Positions 38,746 to 50,170 of a DNA stretch of 64,000 nucleotides are shown here, piece by piece (the stretch's first letter is position 1; each line of letters begins with the position of its first letter). The notes under the pieces are model-generated. The model did not search any database. It worked only from the letters and a program-made list of their open reading frames with translations, and was not told the DNA's origin. Source of the DNA: an uncultured Candidatus Saccharibacteria bacterium (GTDB lineage: Bacteria; Patescibacteriota; Minisyncoccia; Phycocordibacterales; UBA9973); the NCBI GenBank assembly GCA_964634365.1, contig CAZWJU010000001.1, positions 167,028 through 231,027 of the forward strand. The letters run 5' to 3'. Both the position numbers and the translations under genes were made by a program.

Positions 38746-39717
38746 TTATTCATCTTCTGCATCGCCAACAGTGCCTGATTCTAGACTGTCTATAATTTTA
38801 TCTATATTTCCAAGCATTATATTCGGAATATTGGACCAAGACTGTCTGATACGATGATCTGTAACACGATCCTGTGGAAAATTGTAAGTCCTGATTTTTT
38901 CACTTCTGTCCCCTGTCCCAATTTGATTTTTACGATCTGCAGAATATTTCTTTGCATCTTCCTCATCTTGGAGGGCCTGCAATTTTGCCGCCAAAATAGT
39001 CATAGCTTTTTCACGATTTTTAAGTTGAGTTCTCTCAGAAGTACAGCGCACATCTATACCAGTAGGTTTGTGAATAAGACGAACCGCAGTCTCTACTTTG
39101 TTTACGTTTTGACCTCCAGCTCCACCAGAACGAGAATATTCCATATCTAAGTCCGCCGGATTAATAACAAAGTTTACCTTTTTCTTTATCGGCAAAACTG
39201 CTACAGACGCAGTCGATGTGTGTATTCGCCCGTTTTTTTCAGTTGCTGGAACTCTCTGAACTCTATGTACACCAGTTTCGTAACGAAGTTTTTTATAGAC
39301 ATCTTTTCCGTGCAATTCAAAAGAAGCCTCTTTATACCCACCAGTATCGTTCATAGATTCATAGTTTTTTGTCCAAGACCATCCAAGTTTAGATGCATAT
39401 TTCTCGTACATTTCCGCAAGCTGTAGAGCAAAAAGTGACGCCTCATCGCCTCCTGCACCAGCTCTAACTTCAAGCACGATTTCATTTGGAAATTCTTCTT
39501 CTTCGATTTCGCGCGCAAGTATAGCTTCGATTTGTTTTATAACACCCTCTTTTTCTATACGGAGATTTTCAAGATCATTGTCCGCAAGCTCTTTCAAGCT
39601 TGGGTCAGAATCGAGTAGCTCTTTTACAGACAATTCGCTAGCTTCAATACGCTCAAGATTTTCAATTAAAAAACTTGTTTTATAATCTTTCTTTAATTCT
39701 TCTCGGTTTATTTCCAT
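38746..39717 (-). CDS. prfA: Peptide chain release factor 1
   Basis: The product has GGQ and PAT (RF1-type) tripeptides. Confidence 0.85.
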   Translation of the reverse strand: MEINREELKKDYKTSFLIENLERIEASELSVKELLDSDPSLKELADNDLENLRIEKEGVIKQIEAILAREIEEEEFPNEIVLEVRAGAGGDEASLFALQLAEMYEKYASKLGWSWTKNYESMNDTGGYKEASFELHGKDVYKKLRYETGVHRVQRVPATEKNGRIHTSTASVAVLPIKKKVNFVINPADLDMEYSRSGGAGGQNVNKVETAVRLIHKPTGIDVRCTSERTQLKNREKAMTILAAKLQALQDEEDAKKYSADRKNQIGTGDRSEKIRTYNFPQDRVTDHRIRQSWSNIPNIMLGNIDKIIDSLESGTVGDAEDE

Positions 39718-39788
39718 AGACTTATATTAACGCCCTAAATACAAAAAAGAAACCCTCTTGGTCTCTTTTTTGTATAAATTAATATTAT

Positions 39789-40001
39789 TTATTTTTTTGC
39801 AGCACTTTTTGCAACACGCTTTTTGAATCTATCTACGCGTCCTGCTGTGTCTAGAACTTTCTCGTTTCCTGTAAAGAAAGGGTGGCATTGGCTACAGATT
39901 TCAACAGTTATAGCTTCTTTAGTTGATCCTACAGGAAAAGACGCTCCGCATGCGCATGAAACTAGTGCGTTTGTATAGTGTGTTGGGTGTATGTCTTTCT
40001 T
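39789..40001 (-). CDS. rpmE: 50S ribosomal protein L31
   Basis: The product begins [10 protein letters not shown] and has Zn-ribbon cysteines. Confidence 0.85.
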   Translation of the reverse strand, partial: KKDIHPTHYTNALVSCACGASFPVGSTKEAITVEICSQCHPFFTGNEKVLDTAGRVDRFKKRVAKSAAKK

Positions 40002-40026
40002 CATATTTGAGTACAATAGCACGATT

Positions 40027-41409
40027 TTATAAACCTTGCAACGGGTCTATCATAGTCTCTTGGATAGTAGCTGCTTTAGCCATAACTTGGTTTCCATAGA
40101 AGGAATTTGCTGGTGAGGCCGAGTCACAAGATCTTCCAGAATAATATCTACAAGCTGCATTTCTCTCAGCTGTGTAAGTCTTTGCATTTGCACCCAAATC
40201 TCCCAAATAAATAGATGAGGCCATAAAAGCATCAGCCGGATTCCATGGATCAGGAGTTGCCTTGCCTACTGCTGCTCCAATTCTAGACTGGAACAGGGCC
40301 CATGTTGAAGGTATAAATTGTGCAGGCCCCATCGCTCCTCCGTAACCTACAGTCCAAGGACAAGAAACTCGAGTTTTATATGGATCTCTTCCTAGTGCTT
40401 TTGTAATATTCAAAAATGGAGTTACATCTCGAGTTGGCTTCATAACATTTAAAATTGTAGTTCCAGTATTTGCACCTACACCAGCTCCAGTAACTGGATC
40501 TGACAAATAACATGAACCAACGTTTTTACCCAGGTTAGACTCTTGGGTCAAAATAGCCAACACAAAAGCTGGTCTCACACCTGTCTTAAGAGAAGCAGCT
40601 TCTGCATACTTCAAAGCATCTCCGAATGGAATTGCTCCTGTGTCACGCAAAGCAAACAGAGCACTACGAATCTGTGCAGCCTTCTTTTGTCTTTCAGCTA
40701 AGACTGCCTGATATTCTTTTTCTTTATTTTTACTAATTGAAAGTAGTTTTTGCTTCTCGCTTTCTGATGTTTCAACTTTGCGTTTTGCACTCTCAATTTC
40801 AGCTTTTGCATCTAGCTCAGCATCTTGTTTTTTTCTTAATTCTTCTTTTTCATTTACAGTTATACCTTTTACCTCTTTGATTTCATCTACTGAAGATTTT
40901 ATGGATTCTTGTATTGAAGCAAAAGTATCTACGTCGTTATAAAAATCTGAGACAGTAGCGTTTGTAAGCATAACGTGCACAAAATTTGCATCATCTATCT
41001 GATGAGTCTTTCTGATCAGTTGGGCTAGAGATTCTTTAGTTTTAAAAAGTTTATCGTCTAAGTTAGTTATAGTATTGTTTTTTTCGTTTATCTCACTTGT
41101 TAATTTGCTTATAACAAGATTTTTTGCCTTTATGTTTAACTTGGCTTTTTCTATTTGAGTAGTTAGCACCTTTATGTCTCCAGATATAGAGGCTGATTGA
41201 CCTTTCTGGCTGTTTAATTCAGCTGTTTTTTGAGCTATTTCTGCCTCTAACTTAGCCAATTCAGCCTCTAGGACCTTTTTTTGATCCTCGGCTATAGAAA
41301 GCTCTGATGCATAGACCGTATTTGGTTCTGATGCATAAAAATAAGGAGCTCCTACTAAGCTAACCAGGGTCAATATAACTATTATTTTTGAAGCTAAATC
41401 CTTGAACAT
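40027..41409 (-). CDS. Coiled-coil protein with C-terminal lysozyme-like/lytic-transglycosylase-like domain (start taken at MFKDLASK)
   Basis: A signal anchor and long coiled coil resemble the N-terminus of the M23 protein at 16827. They are followed by the motif [10 protein letters not shown] and Gly/Ala-rich loops. Confidence 0.65.
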   Translation of the reverse strand: MFKDLASKIIVILTLVSLVGAPYFYASEPNTVYASELSIAEDQKKVLEAELAKLEAEIAQKTAELNSQKGQSASISGDIKVLTTQIEKAKLNIKAKNLVISKLTSEINEKNNTITNLDDKLFKTKESLAQLIRKTHQIDDANFVHVMLTNATVSDFYNDVDTFASIQESIKSSVDEIKEVKGITVNEKEELRKKQDAELDAKAEIESAKRKVETSESEKQKLLSISKNKEKEYQAVLAERQKKAAQIRSALFALRDTGAIPFGDALKYAEAASLKTGVRPAFVLAILTQESNLGKNVGSCYLSDPVTGAGVGANTGTTILNVMKPTRDVTPFLNITKALGRDPYKTRVSCPWTVGYGGAMGPAQFIPSTWALFQSRIGAAVGKATPDPWNPADAFMASSIYLGDLGANAKTYTAERNAACRYYSGRSCDSASPANSFYGNQVMAKAATIQETMIDPLQGL

Positions 41410-41485
41410 GTGGTTTATATTATAACATAACGAAAAACCCACCTGTCTTGTGACAAGTGGATTTCTCTTTGTTCTAAAATTCGTA

Positions 41486-42124
41486 TTATTCTGCAGCCTC
41501 TGCGCCTTCTTCGTCTTCTTTTTTACCTTTCTTTTCAACTTCTATTGCTGATAGATCAACTGGAGCTTCTTCTTTTTCTTCTTGCATAGGAGTAACTAGT
41601 GCGACAACTTCTTCTGGATCGGAAACCAAAGTAACACCGTTTGGCAAAGATATGTCTTTAGCGTGGATTTGGTCTTCTAGAGTCTTTAGAGAGCTCAAGT
41701 CTACATGCAATTCTTGTGGTAGATCCTTTGGTAGAGCACTGATTTCAACTTCATGCATAACCTTTACCAATGTACCCAAACCTTCTTTAACAGCATCTGA
41801 TATACCATCGAATTCTATAGGAACATTTACTGTAACAGCTTTGTTTGTATCGATAGCTAGAAAATCTACGTGTATAGGCGCTCCGCTAACTGGGTCAGTT
41901 TGCAGGTCGTGTATAAGTGTAGCCACTTCTCCGTCTGGAGTTTCGAGTGTTACCTGTGAAGACTCTCCTGCCTCTCTCCACACTTTTTTGAAAGCATTCA
42001 TATCAACTGTTATAGGTGTTGACTGTTTATTAAAACCATAAAAAACAGCTGGTATTTTGCCTTCGTTTCTAATATCTATTAGTTTGTCTGTAGCCTTTCG
42101 AGCTAATGCATTAAGTTTAAACAT
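41486..42124 (-). CDS. rplY: 50S ribosomal protein L25 / general stress protein Ctc
   Basis: The product has an L25 beta-barrel N-terminus and an acidic tail. Confidence 0.85.
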   Translation of the reverse strand: MFKLNALARKATDKLIDIRNEGKIPAVFYGFNKQSTPITVDMNAFKKVWREAGESSQVTLETPDGEVATLIHDLQTDPVSGAPIHVDFLAIDTNKAVTVNVPIEFDGISDAVKEGLGTLVKVMHEVEISALPKDLPQELHVDLSSLKTLEDQIHAKDISLPNGVTLVSDPEEVVALVTPMQEEKEEAPVDLSAIEVEKKGKKEDEEGAEAAE

Positions 42125-42166
42125 ACCAAGCTAGTATACTCAAAAAATTAAAATTGTAAAGCTTTA

Positions 42167-43903
42167 TTAGGAAGAGTGCCCCACGGTTGGACCATTTGGG
42201 CTAATAATATGGCTTTCTAGATAATTTTTATCCTCAAAAACTTTTTTATGTGGATTAAATATACCTTTTGGATCAAAAGTCTTCTTTATAGACTCAAAAA
42301 GAGAGCAGACTTCGGGACCATACATTTTCTTCAAAAATGGGGTTCTAATCAGGCCATCGTTGTGCTCTGCGTCTATTGAACCATGATATGAGAGCACAAG
42401 ATCGTAAACCTTTTCAGAGAGTTCCATTATGATGGGTCTAGTCTTTGGATCATTGAAGTCCATCAGTGGGATAATATGAAAGTTACCATTGCCAGCATGG
42501 CCCGCAATTGTATAAGTAATACTCTTGTACTGATTTAAGATTGTGTTTAGTTTTGGTAAAAATTCTGGCAAATGTTCTGGTCGGACAATTATGTCATCTA
42601 TAAAAGGAGCAGTCCTGCGACCTTTTACATGCTTGCGAAGTAGAGCAAAACTATCTCTGCGTATTGTCCAATACTTTTCTGCTTCTTGTGTGCTTTTTGT
42701 AACCCGTCCTCGTAACTTAAATGGAGTAAGTTTATTCAAGACATCTCTGCATTGTGAGTCCAGTTCTTCTTCGGTACTGCCAGTATATTCGATTAGTAAA
42801 ATCAATTTTGGAACACCTCCGGTGAGTATGAGCCACAATTCAGGCAAAAAAGACAAACCGAATTTTATAGTTCCAAAAAATCCCTTGGTTTTAATAAAGT
42901 CCATGAAAAATCTAACAGCAAGCATAAAAGTCTTGTTGTCGTAACTTTCTATGGACTCTGGATTTGTTTCAAGTATTGTATCTACAACCTCGCCCAACCT
43001 ATCTAGTTTATCTAAAAACACTACAGCAAGCTTTGAGGACATAGGTTTTTCTACTAGATAAAAAGTTATTTCTGTATTTATACCAAGTGTCCCCTGGGAG
43101 CCAACTAGTAGTTTTGTAAGATCAAAAATATTTTCTTGTTCGTTTGTATTTTTCTTTAAAACATTCCAAATATAGTAGCCTGCTGAATTTTTTGAAACAT
43201 TTGGACGTGCGGCGTCGATTGTAGCCTGATTGTTTTCTATAAGCTCAAAAATCTTTTTATGAACTTGCCCTTCTATATCAACCTGTGCAATTTTCGAATA
43301 TAGCTCTCTTCTATTTTCTGGAGCAATATTGTATGTGTGACCATCGGATAAAACAGTACGCAGACTTGCTACATAGTCTTCAGTCTTTCCATACCTTAGT
43401 GTAAGTTCCCCACCAGAATTGTTTCCGACCATTCCACCAACTGCGTTTATGCTTTTAGATGCTGTATAGGAAGGTAGTAGCAGATTCAACTTTTCTGCCT
43501 CTTTTTCAAAATCTCTATAAAAACATCCAGGTTCAACTACTGCCTTGCCCACAACTGTAACCGGCTTTGCCCCAGGAAAAAGAGGCTGGATAGTAAACGG
43601 GATTACTCGTTCAATTTTCTTGATCTTGTTCATGTACTTTGTGAAGTCCATGATTATGGATTCGTTTAGAGGACCTCCTGACATACAAGTGCCCGCTGCA
43701 CGCGCAGTAAGAGATAGGTCTGGATACTTTGACTTGTTGTCGTTTACCCATTGAACAAGATTTTCTATATCTTTTTCATTTTTAGGAAATACAACTAATT
43801 TTGGATGAACTTCAAAAAGACTCGCGTCATGCGAATATTTAATAAGCGTCTCCGCACTATCATCTACATCACCTTCAAAAAACTTTTTTATTTCGTCTTT
43901 CAT
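42167..43903 (-). CDS. FAD-linked oxidase (FAD_binding_4 plus C-terminal oxidase domain; GlcD/D-lactate dehydrogenase-like)
   Basis: A GG-rich FAD-binding N-terminal domain is present in a 578-aa product. Confidence 0.75.
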   Translation of the reverse strand: MKDEIKKFFEGDVDDSAETLIKYSHDASLFEVHPKLVVFPKNEKDIENLVQWVNDNKSKYPDLSLTARAAGTCMSGGPLNESIIMDFTKYMNKIKKIERVIPFTIQPLFPGAKPVTVVGKAVVEPGCFYRDFEKEAEKLNLLLPSYTASKSINAVGGMVGNNSGGELTLRYGKTEDYVASLRTVLSDGHTYNIAPENRRELYSKIAQVDIEGQVHKKIFELIENNQATIDAARPNVSKNSAGYYIWNVLKKNTNEQENIFDLTKLLVGSQGTLGINTEITFYLVEKPMSSKLAVVFLDKLDRLGEVVDTILETNPESIESYDNKTFMLAVRFFMDFIKTKGFFGTIKFGLSFLPELWLILTGGVPKLILLIEYTGSTEEELDSQCRDVLNKLTPFKLRGRVTKSTQEAEKYWTIRRDSFALLRKHVKGRRTAPFIDDIIVRPEHLPEFLPKLNTILNQYKSITYTIAGHAGNGNFHIIPLMDFNDPKTRPIIMELSEKVYDLVLSYHGSIDAEHNDGLIRTPFLKKMYGPEVCSLFESIKKTFDPKGIFNPHKKVFEDKNYLESHIISPNGPTVGHSS

Positions 43904-44637
43904 TTAGATCCTTCTATTATATCTAAAACATCCTTTGCAGAATTTTCTCCGATAAATCTTTCAAAAAGATGTAGATTGTCTAGATTGTATAAAATAGCAA
44001 CAACAGAAATTATAGAGACCACAAAGGCTGCTTTCAATACCGAGCCCAAAAGAAAACCAACAGAAGGGATCACTGTCACAGTTGCCAACAAAATAAACAT
44101 AAAGAAAAATATTAAAAACCACTGAAAAACTGGAATTCGTTCCTGAAAAATCATAACCATATTTTTTCTGAGAACCTGACAATCACCTAAGTTAGACAAG
44201 ATTCTTCCTAGAGACTGGTTTCTTAGACTTTCTTGTTTTTCATTGCCGATTTCAGTCTCTAAAATATCATGCATCCTAGTTATAGTGTTTGATTTATGGG
44301 TAAAATGATAATCCCATGATTTAGAATCAACCACTTTCTGATAATGATCTTTTATTATTTCTCCAAATTTATCTTGTATAGATTTGGAAATATTTCCAGA
44401 AACTCTATAGATTCCCGACATCTTACCGTCAAATGTACTTATAATCTCACGAATTTTTGTATATCGATTGCCCTGTCTTGTAATAAAAAATCCTGTAAAA
44501 ATCGAGAAGAAGAAAGTGGTAATAGTTATAAAAACTCTATCTGTATTTTCAGCACCAACAGGCACAGTAAAATATATGTATGACAAGATAATAAAAAGCA
44601 GGATCAATGCTATTTCAATTTTGTTGCGTATATGCAT
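43900..44637 (-). CDS. Membrane protein of unknown function
   Basis: The product has 2+2 TM helices and overlaps the upstream gene by 4 nt. Confidence 0.5.
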   Translation of the reverse strand: MHIRNKIEIALILLFIILSYIYFTVPVGAENTDRVFITITTFFFSIFTGFFITRQGNRYTKIREIISTFDGKMSGIYRVSGNISKSIQDKFGEIIKDHYQKVVDSKSWDYHFTHKSNTITRMHDILETEIGNEKQESLRNQSLGRILSNLGDCQVLRKNMVMIFQERIPVFQWFLIFFFMFILLATVTVIPSVGFLLGSVLKAAFVVSIISVVAILYNLDNLHLFERFIGENSAKDVLDIIEGSK

Positions 44638-44641
44638 AAAC

Positions 44642-45514
44642 TTATTGAATATGATTAAATAATTTTAATCTATTTTCTACCACCTCTTCTATCGCGTCTA
44701 CTGCTGGCCCAAGAATTTTTGATGGATTTATCTCGTTTGGATTTATATCTATACTTTCATCTACAGCATCTCTAAAAGCAAGTCTGATTTCTGAGTTTAT
44801 GTGTACAACTGAAATCCCAGCCTTGATCGCATTTGTAAAATCTTCATCACGCAAGCCTGAGCCACCATGGAGCACGAGCGGTATTTTTACAGTATCTTTT
44901 ATTGTCTTTACGAGACCTGCGTCGATATGAGGCTTGCCACTTTTTATAAGTCCATGAATTGAACCTACTGACGGAGCAAACATATCTATACCTGTACTTT
45001 CAACAAATCTTTTCGCATCTTCAGGTTTCGTTAAAACTCCTGCACCTTCTGGAATAGAATCTTTTATATCAGAACCGGATCCAATATATCCAAGCTCAGC
45101 TTCGACTAAAATATCACGACCAGTATTTTTACTAACTTCGCGAGCATAGTCTACACACTGTTTTGTGATTTTTACATTTTCATCGAAAGATAATTTTGCT
45201 CCATCAAATATGACCATATCAAATCCAGCGTCTATGCATGCTTTGACCGATTCAAAAGACGCATGATGATCAGCATTTAGAAAAATAGGATAACTGTCGC
45301 GTTCACGAATAGTTTTTACGAGCGCTGCGACTTCTTCGAGTCCAGCAAATTTTTGCTCTCCTTCTGATACACCAATTATTACTGGGAGACTAAGTTTCTT
45401 GGCTGCGTTGTATATTCCATGTAGAGCTTCTAAATTTGAAATATTGAAGTGACCAACAGCAACACCACGATTATCTGCTTCCTGTATGTATTCTCGTAAA
45501 TTTTTCATATACAC
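44642..45514 (-). CDS. fba: Fructose-bisphosphate aldolase, class II
   Basis: The product has the VAVGHFNISN motif and the LHGGSG loop. Confidence 0.9.
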   Translation of the reverse strand: MYMKNLREYIQEADNRGVAVGHFNISNLEALHGIYNAAKKLSLPVIIGVSEGEQKFAGLEEVAALVKTIRERDSYPIFLNADHHASFESVKACIDAGFDMVIFDGAKLSFDENVKITKQCVDYAREVSKNTGRDILVEAELGYIGSGSDIKDSIPEGAGVLTKPEDAKRFVESTGIDMFAPSVGSIHGLIKSGKPHIDAGLVKTIKDTVKIPLVLHGGSGLRDEDFTNAIKAGISVVHINSEIRLAFRDAVDESIDINPNEINPSKILGPAVDAIEEVVENRLKLFNHIQ

Positions 45515-45561
45515 AGTATACCCTATAGAATAATCAGCTCAAACTTTGTTATAATACTCGT

Positions 45562-46569
45562 ATGTTATTCAGCAAAAAACCATATGACTTTGTAGCAATC
45601 GGCGACGTAGTAACCGATGCATTTATTCGCCTAAAAGATGCTTCGACACATTGCAAGCTTGATCAGAGTGCGTGCGAGTTGTGTGTACGTTTTGGAGATA
45701 AAGTTCCATTTGAATCTGTAGAGGTAATACCTGCAGTAGGAAACTGCGCAAACGCTGCTGTTTCCGCAAGTCGCCTTGGTTTAAAAAGTGCTCTTATATC
45801 AACAGTTGGAGATGATCAAAATGGAAAAGAGTGTCTAATGGCCCTAGAAAAAAATAGGGTTTCAACAGACTACATGAGAGTAAATAGCGAATATCCTACA
45901 AACTATCATTATGTACTGTGGTATGACGTAGAGAGAACAATACTTGTAAAGCATGCGCCTTTCCCTCACTCTCTGCCTAAAAATATGCCTGGACCTAAAT
46001 GGATATATCTAACATCGCTTGGCGACAACTCTGTAGATTTCCACGAAGAGATTGCAGGATATCTAAAATCTCACCCAGAAACAAAACTCGCATTTCAGCC
46101 TGGAACTTTTCAAATTAAACTTGGTACAGAAAAATTAAAAGATATATATTCTGTTACAGAAATATTTTTCTGTAATGTCGAAGAAGCACAGAGAATTTTA
46201 AATTCACAAGAATCTGATAAATTGAAACTTATGGACATGCTCCACACTCTTGGTCCAAAGATAGTTGTGATGACAGACGGGATAAACGGAGCTTATGCAC
46301 GCGAAGAATCCGGCACAAGTTGGTTTATGCCTGTATATCCACACACACCATTTGAACGTACTGGAGCTGGTGACGCATTTGAATCTACGATTGCATCAGC
46401 TCTTGCTATGGGAAAAACTCTCAAAGAAGCTTTGTACTGGGCTCCTATAAACGCGATGTCTGTAACACTACAAGTGGGCGCACAAAAAGGACTCCTAACA
46501 AAAAATCAAATTGAAGAAAAATTAGCACAAGCACCTGCTGACTACAAACTAAAAAACTTGCGAAACTAA
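45562..46569 (+). CDS. PfkB-family carbohydrate kinase
   Basis: The product has the C-terminal TGAGDAF motif. Confidence 0.8.
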   Translation: MLFSKKPYDFVAIGDVVTDAFIRLKDASTHCKLDQSACELCVRFGDKVPFESVEVIPAVGNCANAAVSASRLGLKSALISTVGDDQNGKECLMALEKNRVSTDYMRVNSEYPTNYHYVLWYDVERTILVKHAPFPHSLPKNMPGPKWIYLTSLGDNSVDFHEEIAGYLKSHPETKLAFQPGTFQIKLGTEKLKDIYSVTEIFFCNVEEAQRILNSQESDKLKLMDMLHTLGPKIVVMTDGINGAYAREESGTSWFMPVYPHTPFERTGAGDAFESTIASALAMGKTLKEALYWAPINAMSVTLQVGAQKGLLTKNQIEEKLAQAPADYKLKNLRN

Positions 46570-46615
46570 TTTGACGTTTTCAAAATACAGTAGTACAATT
46601 CGAAAAAAGTAAAAA

Positions 46616-47116
46616 ATGGTTTTAAATGAAGGTAATTTGAAACGCCTATCCTCTGACTCAGCGGATAGAGCTATAGATTTTTGCATTAAAGCAAGTGAAG
46701 GTAAAACCAATATAGTTGGTGGAAGATTTAAAATATTTCTGCCTTATATTGAATCTCTCGGAGAAGTGTCGTTGCGTTGGAAAGAAATCAATCGCGATAT
46801 AGTATGCAAGGAAGCAATCTTGCGAACGCTTTTGCGAGATATTGATACAGAACTTGAAATCAGAAAAGTTCTTGTGTGGCACCTGAACGATGTGAATATT
46901 TTTCTCGACATCTGTGGGATGAAAAAATCCCGCCTTTCAAAGAAAGACAAGACCAAAGCCGAGTATATCGAATGTATAATTGCTGATTTGAAAATCTCAA
47001 AGCAATATCTCCAAGCACAGCTGAAAAACATAGAGGAAAAAATATTCTCCATGAAAACAGAACAGGAACATTCGCACTGTGTACTTGTAGAGATGAGAGA
47101 TAGATTGCTAAACTAA
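46616..47116 (+). CDS. Hypothetical protein
   Basis: This 166-aa ORF is coding-like, has no recognisable domain, and is followed by a terminator. Confidence 0.45.
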   Translation: MVLNEGNLKRLSSDSADRAIDFCIKASEGKTNIVGGRFKIFLPYIESLGEVSLRWKEINRDIVCKEAILRTLLRDIDTELEIRKVLVWHLNDVNIFLDICGMKKSRLSKKDKTKAEYIECIIADLKISKQYLQAQLKNIEEKIFSMKTEQEHSHCVLVEMRDRLLN

Positions 47117-47117
47117 C

Positions 47118-47146
47118 AAAGGTCCCACTTGGGACCTTTTAATTTT
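47118..47146. terminator. Bidirectional intrinsic terminator
   Basis: The hairpin aaaggtcccacttgggaccttttaatttt forms the terminator. Confidence 0.7.
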
Positions 47147-48149
47147 ATCTCTTCAATATTTTCTCAATAGCATCTTTGATAGCATCTTTACCCATACCAT
47201 AATGCTCTATAAGCTCATTTGGAGTTCCAGACTGACCAAACTTATCTTTGACTCCTACAAATTCTATTGGCACCGGGAACTCTTCAGCTAAAACTTCAGC
47301 AACAGCAGAACCCATCCCGGCGCTTGCCTGGTGCTCTTCTACTGTAACTATTTTTTTTGTCTCTTTTGCGAGCGCCACAACTCCCTCACGATCAATAGGT
47401 TTTATAGTTGCTAAATTCATAACCTTTACCTTAATCCCCTTTTTTTCCAAATCGCGTGCTGCAAGTAGAGCATTGCGAACAAGAGCGCCTGTTGCAATCA
47501 CTCCAACATGAGCCACTCCCTCTGGTTCATAAAAAATCTGTGATCTACCAATTTGAAACGGGGTTTCGTCTGTAGTCATGATACCAGTCTTCTCGCGAGC
47601 AAGACGCAAATATGCAGGTTTACCAATTTTCGATAAAGCCACTGTCGCCTTGCGAGCCTCTATCGCATCGCATGGAGAGACCACGATCATGTTTGGCATT
47701 GCGCGCATGATTGCAATATCTTCGATCGCTTGATGTGTTCCACCGTCTGGTCCAACAGACACTCCAGCATGAGAGCCGACTATTACTACAGGTCTATCGT
47801 TGTAAGCTATGGTCGTACGAATCTGCTCCCAGTTTCTACCCGGACTAAACATCGCATAAGACGAACAAAAAGGGATCTTGCCCATCGCAGCCATACCAGA
47901 AGCTACTGTTACAAGATTTTGCTCAGCAACACCTATTTCTATAAATCTATCTGGAAATTTACTTTTAAATTTATCCATCTTGGTACTCTCGGTTAAGTCA
48001 GCACATAGGGCGACAACCCGATTGTTTTCTTCGGCTGCTTTTACAAGCCCATCTCCAAATCCCGCACGAATCGGAACTTGCTCCACATCGTCGTTCCAAA
48101 CTTTTGTGTTTAGTTTTAGTTTAGGGTTTAGCATTTTATTGATGTTCAC
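47145..48149 (-). CDS. Transketolase, C-terminal (pyrimidine-binding plus C-terminal domain) subunit
   Basis: This is a split transketolase that overlaps the N-terminal subunit gene. Confidence 0.9.
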   Translation of the reverse strand: MNINKMLNPKLKLNTKVWNDDVEQVPIRAGFGDGLVKAAEENNRVVALCADLTESTKMDKFKSKFPDRFIEIGVAEQNLVTVASGMAAMGKIPFCSSYAMFSPGRNWEQIRTTIAYNDRPVVIVGSHAGVSVGPDGGTHQAIEDIAIMRAMPNMIVVSPCDAIEARKATVALSKIGKPAYLRLAREKTGIMTTDETPFQIGRSQIFYEPEGVAHVGVIATGALVRNALLAARDLEKKGIKVKVMNLATIKPIDREGVVALAKETKKIVTVEEHQASAGMGSAVAEVLAEEFPVPIEFVGVKDKFGQSGTPNELIEHYGMGKDAIKDAIEKILKR

Positions 48150-48999
48150 TTTTAATCTTGCCTCCTAAAGTTCGGAGCTCTTTTAATGCCATATCTGCTT
48201 GTTCTTTGTTTGGTGGTATGCCGTGCCATTTGAAATCTCTTTCAAAATCTTTTACTCCCTTGCCTGGAATTGTACGGGCGATTATTACGGACGGTTTTTC
48301 ATATACAGCTTTTGCCTTCATAATCGCAGAATCTACCATTTCAAAATTTTGCCCATCTACTTCTTGGACATGCCAATTGAAACTCTCAAACTTTTTCACT
48401 AAATCATCTAGTGGCATTATGTCTTCGGTATAACCATCTATTTGAATATTGTTTCTATCTACTATAGCGATTATGTTGTGGAGTCGCTCTTTTGCGCCGA
48501 GCATTACCGCCTCCCAATTATTCCCTTCGTTTAGCTCTCCATCACCTAAAAGGCAGTAAAAATATTTATCGCTCCGATTACCAGAATCGATCCTCTCAGC
48601 CAGAGCCATGCCGATAGTTTGCGACAAACCAGAACCAAGTGGCCCGGAGCTGGTCTCAAGCCACGGCATAAATTCGCGATGCGGATGACCTTGCAGACGA
48701 GAACCAAATTTTCGAAGGGTCTTCAATTCTTCAACTGGAAAATACCCGGCGTGCGCCATTGTTGCATAATACACAGGACAAATATGTCCATTTGAAAGCA
48801 CGAGTCGATCACGCTCTAGCCAGTCAGGTTTTTTAGGATCATGTTTTAGTGTATTGAAAAAAAGTAGAGTAAAAATATCTGCCATACCAAGTGGACCAGC
48901 AGTGTGTCCACTTCCTGCTTCTACGAGCATTTCAATAATAGACTTACGTATATCGTTCGCCTTTAACTCTAGCTCTTCGATTTTTTTATCACTCAACAT
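48136..48999 (-). CDS. Transketolase, N-terminal (TPP-binding) subunit
   Basis: The product has the GDGELNEG TPP motif. Confidence 0.9.
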   Translation of the reverse strand: MLSDKKIEELELKANDIRKSIIEMLVEAGSGHTAGPLGMADIFTLLFFNTLKHDPKKPDWLERDRLVLSNGHICPVYYATMAHAGYFPVEELKTLRKFGSRLQGHPHREFMPWLETSSGPLGSGLSQTIGMALAERIDSGNRSDKYFYCLLGDGELNEGNNWEAVMLGAKERLHNIIAIVDRNNIQIDGYTEDIMPLDDLVKKFESFNWHVQEVDGQNFEMVDSAIMKAKAVYEKPSVIIARTIPGKGVKDFERDFKWHGIPPNKEQADMALKELRTLGGKIKSEHQ

Positions 49000-49018
49000 C
49001 TATAAAGATATTATAACA

Positions 49019-49717
49019 CTATCCTAGATTTTTTAGCGCGCTTATAACAGCACGGGGGTCAGTAGACTTCCAAATCACAGAACCAACCACAAGTGTATTC
49101 GCTCCAGCTTCTATTATTTTCGGTGCAGTTTCTAAATTTACAGAACCATCTACACTAATAGACAAATCTTTGTACTGATTTCTGATAGTGCGTATCCTAT
49201 CCAAAACACGCTCATCGAATTCTTCACCTTGGAATCCAATCTTTTTAATCCCCATTAGCTGAACAAAATCTACATAATTCAAAAAAGGATATACAACCTC
49301 AATAGGAGTGTCGTTTCCTATCGAAATACCAATCTTCAAAATTTCACGAGTATACATATCTATTCCTTCTAAAAAATTCTTGAAATTATCTCCATCTCGG
49401 TCTTCTGCTTCTAGATGAAATATGATTCTCTTTACTCCCATTTTTATAAAAGTATCAAACTGTTTTTCAGAGTTTCTAACCATCAGGTCAAATTCAAAAT
49501 CTACTCTATCCCAAAAAGGCAAGCCTTCTTCTTCGGCTAAAATTTGTTCGAACTGATAATCATCGTTTCCATTGTATGGCCAAGTCGTATCTGGTACAAA
49601 ATCTCCATCCATCAAATCTAGCTGGACACTAGAAACCAAATCGAATACTAATCCGACTTTTGATTTTATATCTTCAATACCTTTCGGCATTATTGCGGGG
49701 ATTATCTCTATGCTCAT
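49019..49717 (-). CDS. rpe: Ribulose-phosphate 3-epimerase (start taken at MSIEIIPAI)
   Basis: The product has a TIM barrel with DLMDG and HLE..D motifs. Confidence 0.8.
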   Translation of the reverse strand: MSIEIIPAIMPKGIEDIKSKVGLVFDLVSSVQLDLMDGDFVPDTTWPYNGNDDYQFEQILAEEEGLPFWDRVDFEFDLMVRNSEKQFDTFIKMGVKRIIFHLEAEDRDGDNFKNFLEGIDMYTREILKIGISIGNDTPIEVVYPFLNYVDFVQLMGIKKIGFQGEEFDERVLDRIRTIRNQYKDLSISVDGSVNLETAPKIIEAGANTLVVGSVIWKSTDPRAVISALKNLG

Positions 49718-50160
49718 TGTCCTTGGTCTATTTTTATAATTCTGCGAACATGACGCTCGTCGCCTGAAAAAGGCCTCTCTAACCACAGACGCACTGCTTC
49801 CATAACCTCACTTTCTAGTACCATTCGAGCTCCGATAGATAAAACATTTGAATCATTGTGTTCTCGTGATAGAGCTATGATATCAAGAGCGCCTCCATAA
49901 TACACACATGCTCTGACACCCTCTATGCGGTTCGCAACTATTGCCTCACCTTCTCCAGAACCACCAAGTACTATGCCTCGCGCTCCGCTTTCACCAGCCA
50001 CAGCGAGTGCTACTGGTCGACAAAAATCTGGATAATCATCTGCTGAATCGTAAACATGCGCACCAAGATCAACCGCCTCGTGACCAAGTGATTCTATAAA
50101 TGGCTTCAGCTTCTCTTTTAGTTCAAACCCTGCATGATCTGTTCCTAAGTATATTTTCAT
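49714..50160 (-). CDS. rpiB: Ribose-5-phosphate isomerase B
   Basis: The product begins MKIYLGTDHAGFELK. Confidence 0.9.
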   Translation of the reverse strand: MKIYLGTDHAGFELKEKLKPFIESLGHEAVDLGAHVYDSADDYPDFCRPVALAVAGESGARGIVLGGSGEGEAIVANRIEGVRACVYYGGALDIIALSREHNDSNVLSIGARMVLESEVMEAVRLWLERPFSGDERHVRRIIKIDQGQ

Positions 50161-50170
50161 GTCTATATTT